Of a stretch of DNA of 64,000 nt, positions 55,421 to 64,000 are shown one piece after another (within the stretch, counting starts at the first letter, position 1; each line of letters starts with the position of its first letter). The DNA is from Planctomycetota bacterium (GTDB lineage Bacteria > Planctomycetota > Planctomycetia > Pirellulales > UBA1268): NCBI GenBank assembly GCA_003670915.1, contig QWQH01000017.1, positions 7,845-71,844 on the forward strand, read 5' to 3'. A program made the translations under genes and the position numbers. The notes under the pieces were generated by a model. It saw only the letters and a list, made by a program, of their open reading frames with translations, did not search any database and had not been told where the DNA came from.

Positions 55421-57988
55421 TCACTCGCTCGATAGGGCCTCCAGCAGATCCAGTCGCGCGGCCCTTCTGGCTGGGATCCAGGCCGCGAGTGCTGTAACGA
55501 TGATCGCCGCACCGAGGTTCACAGCGACCACGCTGGGCCGAAAGGAAATCCTGATGGGATGGCCCAGCAGTGGCTGGCTGGCGAGCTGGATGTACAAGGC
55601 CGTGGACATTCCTCCCACCAAGCCGATGAGTCCACCAGCGACCCCGAGCAGAATGCTTTCCAAAACAACCATTCGAGTGACCTGCCGGCTCGTCATGCCC
55701 ACCGCCCGCAACAGGCCGAGTGTGCGTTTTTTCTCCAGCACGTTCATCGTGACGGTGTTGGCTACGCCGAGGCTCCCGACCACAAAACCCAGCCCCAGGA
55801 TTGCCCAGAGCGATCCCACAACACCGCCTATAATTCTGTCGATAAAAGCCTTCAGTTCGCCGAGCGACCGCAGCAGCATCGAGTTGTGTTCGGCAATCTC
55901 CTGCAGCGGTTCTCGGAGCGATGCGGCCGTGCCTGGCTTGGCCGTCACAAGCCAGATGTCTGCTGCGCGTACCCCAAAGAGTTTTTGAGCTGCATCTCGG
56001 CGCAGGTGCAGGGACGAGCCCCCTGAAGTGTAATCGACGGCCAGCGCCGCCACCTTCACCTCTGCGGTGCGTCCAAAGACTTCGACGGCGACCGTATCGC
56101 CCGGCTGGATGCCTGTGCGACGTGCCAGGGCTGTGCCAGCCAGCGCCTCGCCGCGTGCCAATGCGCTGCGCACCTCTGCCTCAGTGGCCTTGATCGGATT
56201 GAGCGGCAACGGCAGCGTATCGGGAATATCGCGAGAGACAATCACGCAGGCCCCGCCTGCCACGCGGCCCATTGTGATGCCAATGGCTTCCACTCGCTCG
56301 ATATCGGGAAGCCCCGCTAACGCTTCTTCCATGGATCCGGTTTCGGTGCCAATCGCCCCCTTTCCTGCCGAAATGTTTGGAACGGCGGCTGGGGCTGGTC
56401 CGGTGCCTGTGAGCACCCAATCGGCCCGCAGCATCCGGACATACCAACCGAGTACGTCATCGACGTTATCACGAATCGCATGGCCCAATCCGATGCCGTT
56501 GCTCACAGCCACAACCAGTACGCCAGTAGTGAGGGCAGTGCGGATGGGCTGCCGCAGAATCTGCTCGAGTGCCAGCGTGCCTTCCAAGTGCCATCGGCTG
56601 GGAATAAGTCGCGCACACATTCGGGCGAGGAACGGCAGAACGACCGGCGTCATGGCCACAAATGCCAGCATCATGGCAATGCCTGCCGGCACGGAGGCTC
56701 GCGGTGGCAGGATTTCCTCAATCACAAGCACGAGGATCGCCCCAGCCACTCCCCAGAGCACAATCGCCGTGGCAATCAATTTCCACGACACCCCCGCGCC
56801 GGGCTTGGGTGGCGATTGAGAAAGTGCTTCCAGTGGATCGGTGGCAACGGCCTGACTCGCCGGCCACCATGCCGCAGCGACCGCTACGGCAGTGCCGAGC
56901 AGAATCGATACCGGTACGACCAGCGGATGCACGAGCAAACTTGCCGCTGGCGCCTGCAAAGCGCGCGAGATACCAGCGGAGATTGGTCCAGCGGCGGCCA
57001 AACCGGCAGCAGCCCCTAGCACGGCCCCGAGGCCACCGAGGATCGCGGCCTCGCCCACGACGAAGCGGCGCATCTGTCCGGCTGTGCCCCCGAGCACTCG
57101 CACCAGTGCCAGTGATCGACGCCGTTCGGTGATGTTCATGAGCATCGCATTGCCGACGATAAACCAGGCCATTGCCACGGTGAGCCCGGTGACAAAGTCG
57201 AGCCCAAGATCAGAGGAGTGCAGCACGTCTTCTGCCAGACTAGCCCGGCCGGCCGGCACCTCGGCTACCAGCGACGCAGGCAAACGCGCTGCAACGCCAG
57301 CCAGCACCTGATCGCGAGATGCAGAGGATTCAATGGCCACGCGCACGCGGTCGATTGTGCCAAACGCATTGGACAGGTCTTCTAGTGACACAATCTCCAT
57401 GATCACCCCGGCTCCCTCGGCAAACCACCGCATGGATTCCGGCTCGGCTAGCCCCACGATCGTCAGTCGGCGAACGCCACGTCTCGCGAAAAAGAGCACC
57501 TCGTCACCGATCTTCTTTCCGAGCCCCTCGGCAAGTGATGAGCTGAGGACGACTTCGCTGGCTCGGGTACAGGCTTCTCCCGATTGCATCTTCAAGAGGC
57601 CCGTAGCCACGAGTTGCTGTACATCCACGCCAACGGCTATTTCCCGCACCCGCTTTTCACCGACGCGCAGGAGCGTGGGCCGGTAGAAGAGGGGCACCAC
57701 AGCCCGCACGCCTGGAAGATCGACCAGCGGCGGCAAGAGAGTAGGATCCCAGCGTCCTCCTGCCCGTGCCGAGACATCAACGGACGGCACGCCGGCGATC
57801 GCTTCGGTGAGCCTGCGATAGCCAGCCCGTGAGGCATCAGCCGCCACCCACGTCGCCACCACCGCACCTACGGCCACAGCAACGCTCGCCACGGTTGTAA
57901 GCGCGCGGCCGGGACGGTTGCGCCACTGGCGAAAGAGCAGATGGCGCAGCAACAGTGGCTCTCGAAGGCGTTGGCTGAGTTTCATCAC
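55421..57988 (-). CDS. ABC transporter permease with two FtsX/MacB-type domains (855 aa)
   Basis: Duplicated architecture: TM, large periplasmic domain, then 3 TM with FtsX-type motifs (ERRRSLALVRVLGGTAGQM... and EKKRTLGLLRAVGMTSRQV...). The ATG overlaps the ATPase stop (ATGA). Confidence 0.9.
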   Translation of the reverse strand: MMKLSQRLREPLLLRHLLFRQWRNRPGRALTTVASVAVAVGAVVATWVAADASRAGYRRLTEAIAGVPSVDVSARAGGRWDPTLLPPLVDLPGVRAVVPLFYRPTLLRVGEKRVREIAVGVDVQQLVATGLLKMQSGEACTRASEVVLSSSLAEGLGKKIGDEVLFFARRGVRRLTIVGLAEPESMRWFAEGAGVIMEIVSLEDLSNAFGTIDRVRVAIESSASRDQVLAGVAARLPASLVAEVPAGRASLAEDVLHSSDLGLDFVTGLTVAMAWFIVGNAMLMNITERRRSLALVRVLGGTAGQMRRFVVGEAAILGGLGAVLGAAAGLAAAGPISAGISRALQAPAASLLVHPLVVPVSILLGTAVAVAAAWWPASQAVATDPLEALSQSPPKPGAGVSWKLIATAIVLWGVAGAILVLVIEEILPPRASVPAGIAMMLAFVAMTPVVLPFLARMCARLIPSRWHLEGTLALEQILRQPIRTALTTGVLVVAVSNGIGLGHAIRDNVDDVLGWYVRMLRADWVLTGTGPAPAAVPNISAGKGAIGTETGSMEEALAGLPDIERVEAIGITMGRVAGGACVIVSRDIPDTLPLPLNPIKATEAEVRSALARGEALAGTALARRTGIQPGDTVAVEVFGRTAEVKVAALAVDYTSGGSSLHLRRDAAQKLFGVRAADIWLVTAKPGTAASLREPLQEIAEHNSMLLRSLGELKAFIDRIIGGVVGSLWAILGLGFVVGSLGVANTVTMNVLEKKRTLGLLRAVGMTSRQVTRMVVLESILLGVAGGLIGLVGGMSTALYIQLASQPLLGHPIRISFRPSVVAVNLGAAIIVTALAAWIPARRAARLDLLEALSSE

Positions 57989-58692
57989 CGGGGCGCCCCG
58001 GTTGAAGGGAGGTCAGACTCAATGCGACCGTCTTGCACCCGGATGATGCGACCGGCCTCCCGTGCAATCGAGGCGTCGTGCGTTACCAAAATAATTGTTT
58101 GCTTTTGCTCGATAGCCAGCCTGTGCAGCAGTTCAATCACGCGGCGCGAGTTGACTGAATCGAGGGCGCCAGTTGGCTCGTCGGCCAGCACGATCGCGGG
58201 TGCGGCGACCAAGGCCCGGGCGATAGCGCCTCGCTGCTGCTCGCCCCCGGAGAGTTCGTCGGGGCGGTGGCCCGCACGATGCTCCATCCCAACGGTCTCA
58301 AGCGATGACATTGCGGCGGCATTGGATTGCAGGAACGGCACGCCGTCGAGCACAAGTGGCAATGCAACATTCTCCACCAACGAAAGCTCGGGCAGCAGGT
58401 TGTAACGTTGAAAAACAAAGCCAATTCGTCGCCGTCGAACCAATGCCAATGCATCGTCGTCGAGCGTTGCCAGATCGATGCCCTCGAGCATGACGCTGCC
58501 TGCGGTGGGTCGAGTAATGCCACCGAGCATGTGCAAGAGCGTGCTCTTGCCCGAGCCTGAGGCACCGGTGATCGCGACACATTCACCCACCTCGATCGCG
58601 AGGTTGACATCACAGACGGCAGCCACCGCAGCGCCGGCCTGGCTGGCGGCTGCGAATGTTTTTTCCAGATGCTCTGCTTGCAGAATCGGCAC
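57985..58692 (-). CDS. ABC transporter ATP-binding protein (MacB/LolD-like)
   Basis: GASGSGKSTLLHML (Walker A), LSGGEQQRGAIARAL (signature), ILADEPTGALD (Walker B) and LVTHD (H-loop). Confidence 0.95.
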   Translation of the reverse strand: MPILQAEHLEKTFAAASQAGAAVAAVCDVNLAIEVGECVAITGASGSGKSTLLHMLGGITRPTAGSVMLEGIDLATLDDDALALVRRRRIGFVFQRYNLLPELSLVENVALPLVLDGVPFLQSNAAAMSSLETVGMEHRAGHRPDELSGGEQQRGAIARALVAAPAIVLADEPTGALDSVNSRRVIELLHRLAIEQKQTIILVTHDASIAREAGRIIRVQDGRIESDLPSTGAPR

Positions 58693-58896
58693 GGCGGATC
58701 AGTCCTTTCGAAAAAACAACGGGCAAAATCGCTCCTGAACAGCCCAATGTACCCAGCCTGTGCAGAAGAGCCCTCTGGCATCTAAAAAAATATCGCGGAA
58801 GTCGGGTGGGAAGCTTTGTGGATTCCGTTTTTTGAAGCGTTGAGCGAAGAAATGCCGATTAAAAGGAAGATACCGATTCGCCTGCACGCTTCACCT

Positions 58897-60471
58897 ATGA
58901 CACAGCATTTTCGACAAGATTTTCGAACGTCTGGGTTGAGTGTGTTGCAACTTTCGCTGGCGGCGACGGGGTGTTTGCTCCATGTTTGTTGGGCTGCCTG
59001 CTGGGCCGAGGAATGGCCAAGGACGCACGATTCTGTGCGGTTGAATGGTGGCGTGGCTCTGGACAGCGTGCCATTCGAGAGCACTCCCGAGACGACAGCG
59101 GCCGAACTCCTGGCCAATCTGTCCGACCAGAGCATGCACGGTCCGGGCCCCAGAAAGCTTGGGGAGTTTGTTGAACTCGCCGAACGGAGCCATCCGAAAC
59201 TACGACTAGCCTTGGCTTCAATCGAAGCGGCCCGGGGCAAGGCTGTGCAATCGAGGCTGTATCCGAATCCGCTGGCCTATGCCGGCTCGCCGCAGGCAAC
59301 GGCTCCGGGATCTGGGGCTCAGAATGGCGGTGCTGGATCTTCGACTCAATATTTCACGCAGGTGTCACAAGACATCGTCACCGCTGGGAAATTACGGCTT
59401 TCGCAGCAGGCGGCCCTTCGGGAGGTGCAGCGAGCGGAATACGAATTGATTCGAGCGCGTTTTGATGTGTTACGCGAGGTGCGTCAAAGCTTTTACGCAT
59501 TGCTCGTCTCTCAACGGCGGGTTGAAATCTACAAACTTCTGCTCGGCATAGCCAAGCGTTCGTATGAGATCGGTCGGCAGCTGGCCGCAGCAGGCGAGGG
59601 CACAAAAGCCGACGTTCTTTTCTGGAGTATCGAACGCGACAGAGCCGAAGTGCGGCTCCTGAACGCCTCGGTTTATATCGAGACGGGGCGCCGGCAACTC
59701 GCTACAGCGATCGGTTTGCCAAGGGCCGATATCGGCACGATTGACGCAGATCTTCTTCAGAAACTCCCGTCATTCGATCTCAAGGCATTGCAGGAAGCCG
59801 TTGTGCGGAGCAATTCCAAACCGCAGGCAGCCGCTGCCGATATTGCTCGTACGCAGTGGTTGCTCGAACGGGCAGTTGTTCAGCCGATCCCGAACGTCAA
59901 CTTGATGGGAGGTTATCAACGCGAAATTGACTATCCACCGGCCAACCAAGGGCTGTTTCAGGTGACGGTGGCTGTGCCCCTCTTCGACCGAAATCAGGGA
60001 AACATTCGGTCTGCTCGCGCCGAGATCGCAACGTCGCGGGCAGCTCTGCGAGTGATTGAACTGGATTTGGCCACACAGACGGCTCAAGTGATTGCCGCCT
60101 ACCGAACCTCACAGCGGCTTGTCGAATGGTATGAGGAATACATCCTGCCAAAAGCCCGCGAAACCGTCCAGTTGACGCAGACGCTCTATTCCAGGGGTGA
60201 GGTAACGTTCCTGAGCCTCTTGCAGGCACAGCGTATCCTCACGGAGACAGAACTCGCATTCGTGGAATCCCAGGCCGATCGCTGGAATGGTGCGGTGACC
60301 ATCGCAGATTTACTCCAACTCGAAACGTTTCCGCTGCAGGCCGATGCGCCAGCCGTTTTCCAAAGCGATGAGAGAGGGAGGGGCGATGCTCCCAACCAAG
60401 GCGTTGCACCACCGGGTCGATTACCTGCTGCGATCCAGCCCGATCAAATCCAACCGCTGCCGCCGCCGTAA
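58897..60471 (+). CDS. TolC-family outer-membrane efflux protein
   Basis: Signal-like MTQHFRQDFRTSGLSVLQLSLAATGCLL. Two repeats of long coiled helices are typical of OEP/TolC (LRLSQQAALREVQRAEYELIRARFDVLREVRQSFYALL...; IRSARAEIATSRAALRVIELDLATQTAQV...). The start is uncertain (58816, 58852 or 58897). Confidence 0.8.
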   Translation: MTQHFRQDFRTSGLSVLQLSLAATGCLLHVCWAACWAEEWPRTHDSVRLNGGVALDSVPFESTPETTAAELLANLSDQSMHGPGPRKLGEFVELAERSHPKLRLALASIEAARGKAVQSRLYPNPLAYAGSPQATAPGSGAQNGGAGSSTQYFTQVSQDIVTAGKLRLSQQAALREVQRAEYELIRARFDVLREVRQSFYALLVSQRRVEIYKLLLGIAKRSYEIGRQLAAAGEGTKADVLFWSIERDRAEVRLLNASVYIETGRRQLATAIGLPRADIGTIDADLLQKLPSFDLKALQEAVVRSNSKPQAAAADIARTQWLLERAVVQPIPNVNLMGGYQREIDYPPANQGLFQVTVAVPLFDRNQGNIRSARAEIATSRAALRVIELDLATQTAQVIAAYRTSQRLVEWYEEYILPKARETVQLTQTLYSRGEVTFLSLLQAQRILTETELAFVESQADRWNGAVTIADLLQLETFPLQADAPAVFQSDERGRGDAPNQGVAPPGRLPAAIQPDQIQPLPPP

Positions 60472-60494
60472 ACGAATCGTATTTCAACAAGCGG

Positions 60495-61751
60495 CTATTG
60501 GCCGCGCACGATATCCAAGTCTAGATGGGCCTGCGTTGACATGCCGGCGAGCGTGTCGGTGACCACAAACTCGAGTTGGCAAGAACCAGCCGGGGCATCT
60601 GTGGGAATACGCAGAAAGTAACGGGCGAAGTAATCACGCCTCGGCGAACGGCAGGTTTCCTCGATGGGCTCAAAGCTCCACTGCCCCAGTCGAGCGCCAT
60701 CGGCGCCGACAAGTCGAAACACCGTGTCGATGCTGGTGCTGTGACCAGCAGTCGACTCGCGGGAGGAGAGTTCCTCGAGTTCAAAATAGACAATCAACTC
60801 CTGGCCAGGCTGAAACGTGTGCTGCTCAAAGGCATCGACTACACCCCAAGCCCGCACGCGAGACGCAAAGCATGGGTTGTGTACGGCCAGCGATGGTTGC
60901 GTGGCTGGCTCGATGAGTGCCGTTGGGATCCCCTTTGAGTGACGCTCCGGTAGAGCCACAGATCCTTCACCGATGGCTTCTATCGCAATGCGTTCGCCCT
61001 GCGGTTGGTGGCTGCTGGCAGCGGTAGCTGACGTCGCCATTGCAGCGTCAGCATCAGGCGAGGGCACTGGCTTTGCGGCCAGCACAATTTTTGTTTCGTC
61101 GGAAGCATGGGCTGGCGATGGCTCAGGCACAGCGAGTTGCGTTTCGGCGGGCTCGGGGAATTTGAGCGGCGTGGATGCGATGTCACCAGCGGTAAACGAT
61201 GCTACCGTGTTGACAGACTTCAAAACAGGTTGCTGTTTGGCATGAACTGCACGTGGGCGGTTGGCTTCAAGCGAGGCAGCAAACGCTTCAATCACAAACG
61301 GCCAGTCTTCCGCCCGCGTGCTCTCGAGGGTTGCCACAAGTGTTGCCTGTGCAACCGAATCGAATCCACCGACACCTGCAAGCCGACCAATCGCCTGATC
61401 CAAAGCGGCGTCTAACGACTGAGGGATGGGGTCTCGTACGGCGGCCTGTGTGTGGGCAGTTGTTTTATCAAGAGAAGATCGCGATGGGCGATCGGTGATG
61501 GTTTGCCCTGCTGTTTCGGGTGGCTCCTCTTTCTCTTCACAATCCTCAGGCAACTCGTTGCCATCTGTCGTACGCCCCACCGTGTCCCGAAGCGATTCTC
61601 GCAGGGCAGCAGTTGTGATCGCCGTCATACAGCCAGACTGCATCAGCACACTAACACACGCTAGCGCCCACCCGAGGACTGGCCACGGGATCGTTTTGGG
61701 AGCTTTTGACAAGCTGCGTCTGGGGGTGCCCATCGGTGGTGTTGCTCTCAA
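60495..61751 (-). CDS. Hypothetical lipoprotein with disordered acidic/Ala-Pro-rich linker and C-terminal beta-rich domain
   Basis: Lipobox-like VLMQSGC after a basic N-terminus, then a long low-complexity middle. The conserved-looking C-terminal ~130 aa read CFASRVRAWGVVDAFEQHTFQPGQELIVYFELEEL...ETCRSPRRDYFARYFLRIP... Confidence 0.6.
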   Translation of the reverse strand: MRATPPMGTPRRSLSKAPKTIPWPVLGWALACVSVLMQSGCMTAITTAALRESLRDTVGRTTDGNELPEDCEEKEEPPETAGQTITDRPSRSSLDKTTAHTQAAVRDPIPQSLDAALDQAIGRLAGVGGFDSVAQATLVATLESTRAEDWPFVIEAFAASLEANRPRAVHAKQQPVLKSVNTVASFTAGDIASTPLKFPEPAETQLAVPEPSPAHASDETKIVLAAKPVPSPDADAAMATSATAASSHQPQGERIAIEAIGEGSVALPERHSKGIPTALIEPATQPSLAVHNPCFASRVRAWGVVDAFEQHTFQPGQELIVYFELEELSSRESTAGHSTSIDTVFRLVGADGARLGQWSFEPIEETCRSPRRDYFARYFLRIPTDAPAGSCQLEFVVTDTLAGMSTQAHLDLDIVRGQ

Positions 61752-62000
61752 GAAGTATGGGTGGCAAGGATGGCTGCCACTGACAATAGCTGGCCAACGC
61801 GATGGCTGCAGATACCTCTGCTGTGGCCGTGGTACAGGCCGGAAGAGTAGGGATTCCTGAAACTCTAGGGCAAGGGCAGTAGGTAGGTTTGGGGCTCGAA
61901 TTGGTAAGCAGGGCAGAATTTTTCCGGCAGGATTGGCAAGCTGGCTAGAATCGGCCCAGCGAATCGGGATCTGGATTGCTTACCTCCTTCATTCTCCCTC

Positions 62001-63014
62001 ATGTCCCACACACATTTTGAGCCTGAGACGGTGCCTCCCGGGTGGTCCCACCGGCACCTGCTGGATCTGGAGCGACTCTCGCCCGAAGAGATATGCTTGC
62101 TCCTTGATACGGCGAGTCGTTTTAAGGAGGCCACGGGGGGATGTCGGCAGAAACTCTCGGTGCTTGCGGGCCGCACAATTGTGAATTTGTTTTTTGAAAA
62201 CTCTACTCGCACGCGAACAAGTTTTTCGTTGGCTGCGAGGCGACTCGGGGCCGACGTTATCGATTTCTCTGCTTCTGGGAGCAGCCTGTCGAAGGGGGAA
62301 TCGTTCATCGATACTGCAAAGAACCTCGAAGCAATGGGAATCGATGCGGTAGTTGTGCGACATAGCACGCCAGGCACGCCCCACTTACTGGCTCAGCGGT
62401 TGGACGTTGGGGTGATCAATGCTGGCGACGGTCCGCACGAGCATCCCACACAGGGGTTACTCGATATTTTTTCGATCCGTGAGCGACTCGGTAACCTCAC
62501 CGGTATTACAGTGGGGCTTGTGGGTGACATCGCTCACAGTCGCACGGCAAGATCCAATCTCTGGGGCCTTATAAAACTTGGAGCAAAAGTCATTCTCTGT
62601 GGGCCGCCCACCCTCGTCTCGCCACGCTGGCGCGAACTTGGAGTGGAAGTATCGCACAACCTAGATGCGATTGTGCCTCGCTGTGATGTACTCAACTTGC
62701 TTCGCATTCAGTTTGAGCGACAAAATACGCGTCCTTTCCCATCGGTGCGAGAATATGCTTATCTGTATGCGATGAATAAAGAACGCCTCAAGCGAGCCAA
62801 GAAAGATCTCCTGATTCTCGCCCCAGGGCCGATCAATCGTGGCGTTGAAGTGACAGCCGATGTAGCCGACTGCCCGCAGTCGCTGATTCTTAATCAGGTG
62901 ACCAACGGTCTGGCTGTGCGCATGGGTGTGCTGTGGCTCACGTGTGGCCCACGAGGCCGCACAGGAGGAGTTGACGTGTCCAGCCGACCGTCCTCAGCAG
63001 GGAGGGTGGCCTGA
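62001..63014 (+). CDS. pyrB: Aspartate carbamoyltransferase catalytic subunit
   Basis: [12 protein letters not shown] (STRTR), HPTQGLLD, and [11 protein letters not shown]...[11 protein letters not shown]. Confidence 0.95.
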   Translation: MSHTHFEPETVPPGWSHRHLLDLERLSPEEICLLLDTASRFKEATGGCRQKLSVLAGRTIVNLFFENSTRTRTSFSLAARRLGADVIDFSASGSSLSKGESFIDTAKNLEAMGIDAVVVRHSTPGTPHLLAQRLDVGVINAGDGPHEHPTQGLLDIFSIRERLGNLTGITVGLVGDIAHSRTARSNLWGLIKLGAKVILCGPPTLVSPRWRELGVEVSHNLDAIVPRCDVLNLLRIQFERQNTRPFPSVREYAYLYAMNKERLKRAKKDLLILAPGPINRGVEVTADVADCPQSLILNQVTNGLAVRMGVLWLTCGPRGRTGGVDVSSRPSSAGRVA

Positions 63015-64000
63015 TGCATCAAACGCTTCTTCTTCGCGGCGGACGCGTTGTCGATCCATCGCAGGGCATCGACCGCATTGACGACGTGCTCGTACGCGAT
63101 GGGCTTGTGGTTGCGATCGGCCCCGCCGAGACCGGAGCCGACGAGATGATCGATGCCACCGGACTCATTGTGGCACCAGGCCTCGTCGACATGCACGTGC
63201 ACCTGCGCGAACCTGGCCGCGAAGAGGATGAGACGATCGAAACGGGCACGCGTGCGGCGATCGCCGGAGGGTTCACGAGCGTTGCTTGCATTCCCAACAC
63301 TGAGCCCCCTGTCGACACCCAGGCCACCGTTGAGTTCATTCATCAGAAGGCCATGCGGGCTGATACGTGCAACGTTTTTGTGGTTGGCTGCGTGAGCCGC
63401 AATCGCGAGGGAAAAGAGCTTGCCGACATAGGCCAACTTGTGGAGGCGGGCGCCGTGGCCTTCAGCGACGACGGCGCGCCTGTGTACGACGCAGAATTGA
63501 TGCGTCGTGCGCTCGAATACTGCAGCATGTTCGACAAGCCAATTCTGGCACACGAGGAGGTTTTAGAGCTATCCCGTGGCGGTGTCATGAACGAAGGAAT
63601 CGTGTCGTTGCTGTTGGGTCTCGCGGGAATGCCAGCCTCAGCTGAGGATGTGATGATTGGCCGCGACACGGCGCTTGCCGAGTCGACGGGCGGTCGCCTG
63701 CACGTGATGCATGTCTCAACGGCCGGTGGAGTCGATTTGGTGCGTATGGCCAAGGCTCGGGGGGTGCGGGTGACTGCCGAGGCGTGTCCGCATCACTTCA
63801 CGCTCACCGATGAAGCACTGCGAGGCTTCGACTCCAATTACAAGATGAGTCCACCACTGCGAACGGCGGCGGATGTTGAGGCGATCATCGCAGGTATCGT
63901 AGACGGCACGATTGACTGCATCGCGACCGACCACGCCCCGCACGCACCTGAAAAGAAGATGCTCGAACTCGATCGTGCGCCCTTTGGCATTATGGGGCTG
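63014..64000 (+). CDS. pyrC: Dihydroorotase (5' 329 codons; continues past the right window edge)
   Basis: Not in the ORF track because it is edge-truncated. The ATG at 63014 overlaps the pyrB TGA. By hand it translates as [36 protein letters not shown]...APGLVDMHVHLREPGREEDETIETGTRAAIAGGFTSV...ATDHAPH. Confidence 0.92.
   Translation, partial: MHQTLLLRGGRVVDPSQGIDRIDDVLVRDGLVVAIGPAETGADEMIDATGLIVAPGLVDMHVHLREPGREEDETIETGTRAAIAGGFTSVACIPNTEPPVDTQATVEFIHQKAMRADTCNVFVVGCVSRNREGKELADIGQLVEAGAVAFSDDGAPVYDAELMRRALEYCSMFDKPILAHEEVLELSRGGVMNEGIVSLLLGLAGMPASAEDVMIGRDTALAESTGGRLHVMHVSTAGGVDLVRMAKARGVRVTAEACPHHFTLTDEALRGFDSNYKMSPPLRTAADVEAIIAGIVDGTIDCIATDHAPHAPEKKMLELDRAPFGIMGL

Noticed and set aside
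55365-57311. Series of plus-strand ORFs (55365..55988, 56067..56819, 56480..57019, 56662..57132, 56892..57311)
   Set aside because: All are antisense to the 855-aa FtsX-type permease, overlap each other in different frames, and are Ser/Pro/Arg/Ala-rich. This is a shadow-frame artefact.

Overview
This is a core-chromosome window, almost certainly from a Planctomycetota (Pirellulales-like) genome. That placement rests on three things: DUF1592/DUF1552-type and DUF1549-DUF1553/DUF1501-type gene pairs, a Minf_1886-type protein, and no rpmD, with GC that looks moderately high by eye.

- **Centre (about 16.3-33.8 kb):** a co-directional S10-spc-alpha ribosomal superoperon on the + strand. It holds 25 r-protein genes from rpsJ to rplQ, plus secY, adk, map and rpoA. 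I found rpmJ by hand because it is too short for the ORF track. rpmD and infA are absent.
- **Left flank:** an edge-truncated secreted ThuA-like gene, an orphan parA, an unassignable 581-aa membrane-anchored protein, rpmA-obg-coaX-rsfS-argS, an EF-G family gene away from any str operon, and the first DUF1592/DUF1552 pair.
- **Right flank, housekeeping and paired genes:** a DUF1549-DUF1553/DUF1501 pair, a MATE transporter, speA, nadE, a D-2-hydroxyacid dehydrogenase, a small planctomycete-type cluster (secreted protein, Minf_1886-like protein, 4-TM protein) and pckA.
- **Right flank, continued:** an HTTM (vitamin-K carboxylase-like) membrane protein coupled to a small partner, a second DUF1592/DUF1552 pair, a PQQ-propeller/ABC/TolC cluster with no adaptor gene, a lipoprotein, and pyrB-pyrC.

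I saw no rRNA, tRNA, CRISPR array, transposase or prophage signature by eye.

The most noteworthy items are:
- the three recurring two-gene modules (a large CxxCH protein followed by a Tat-signal protein);
- the roughly 410-aa foreign-looking C-terminal extension on one of those large proteins;
- the HTTM pair;
- the adaptor-less ABC/TolC cluster;
- the structured S10 leader;
- systematic basic low-complexity tails on the ribosomal proteins.

All family names come from motif recognition and memory, not from database searches.
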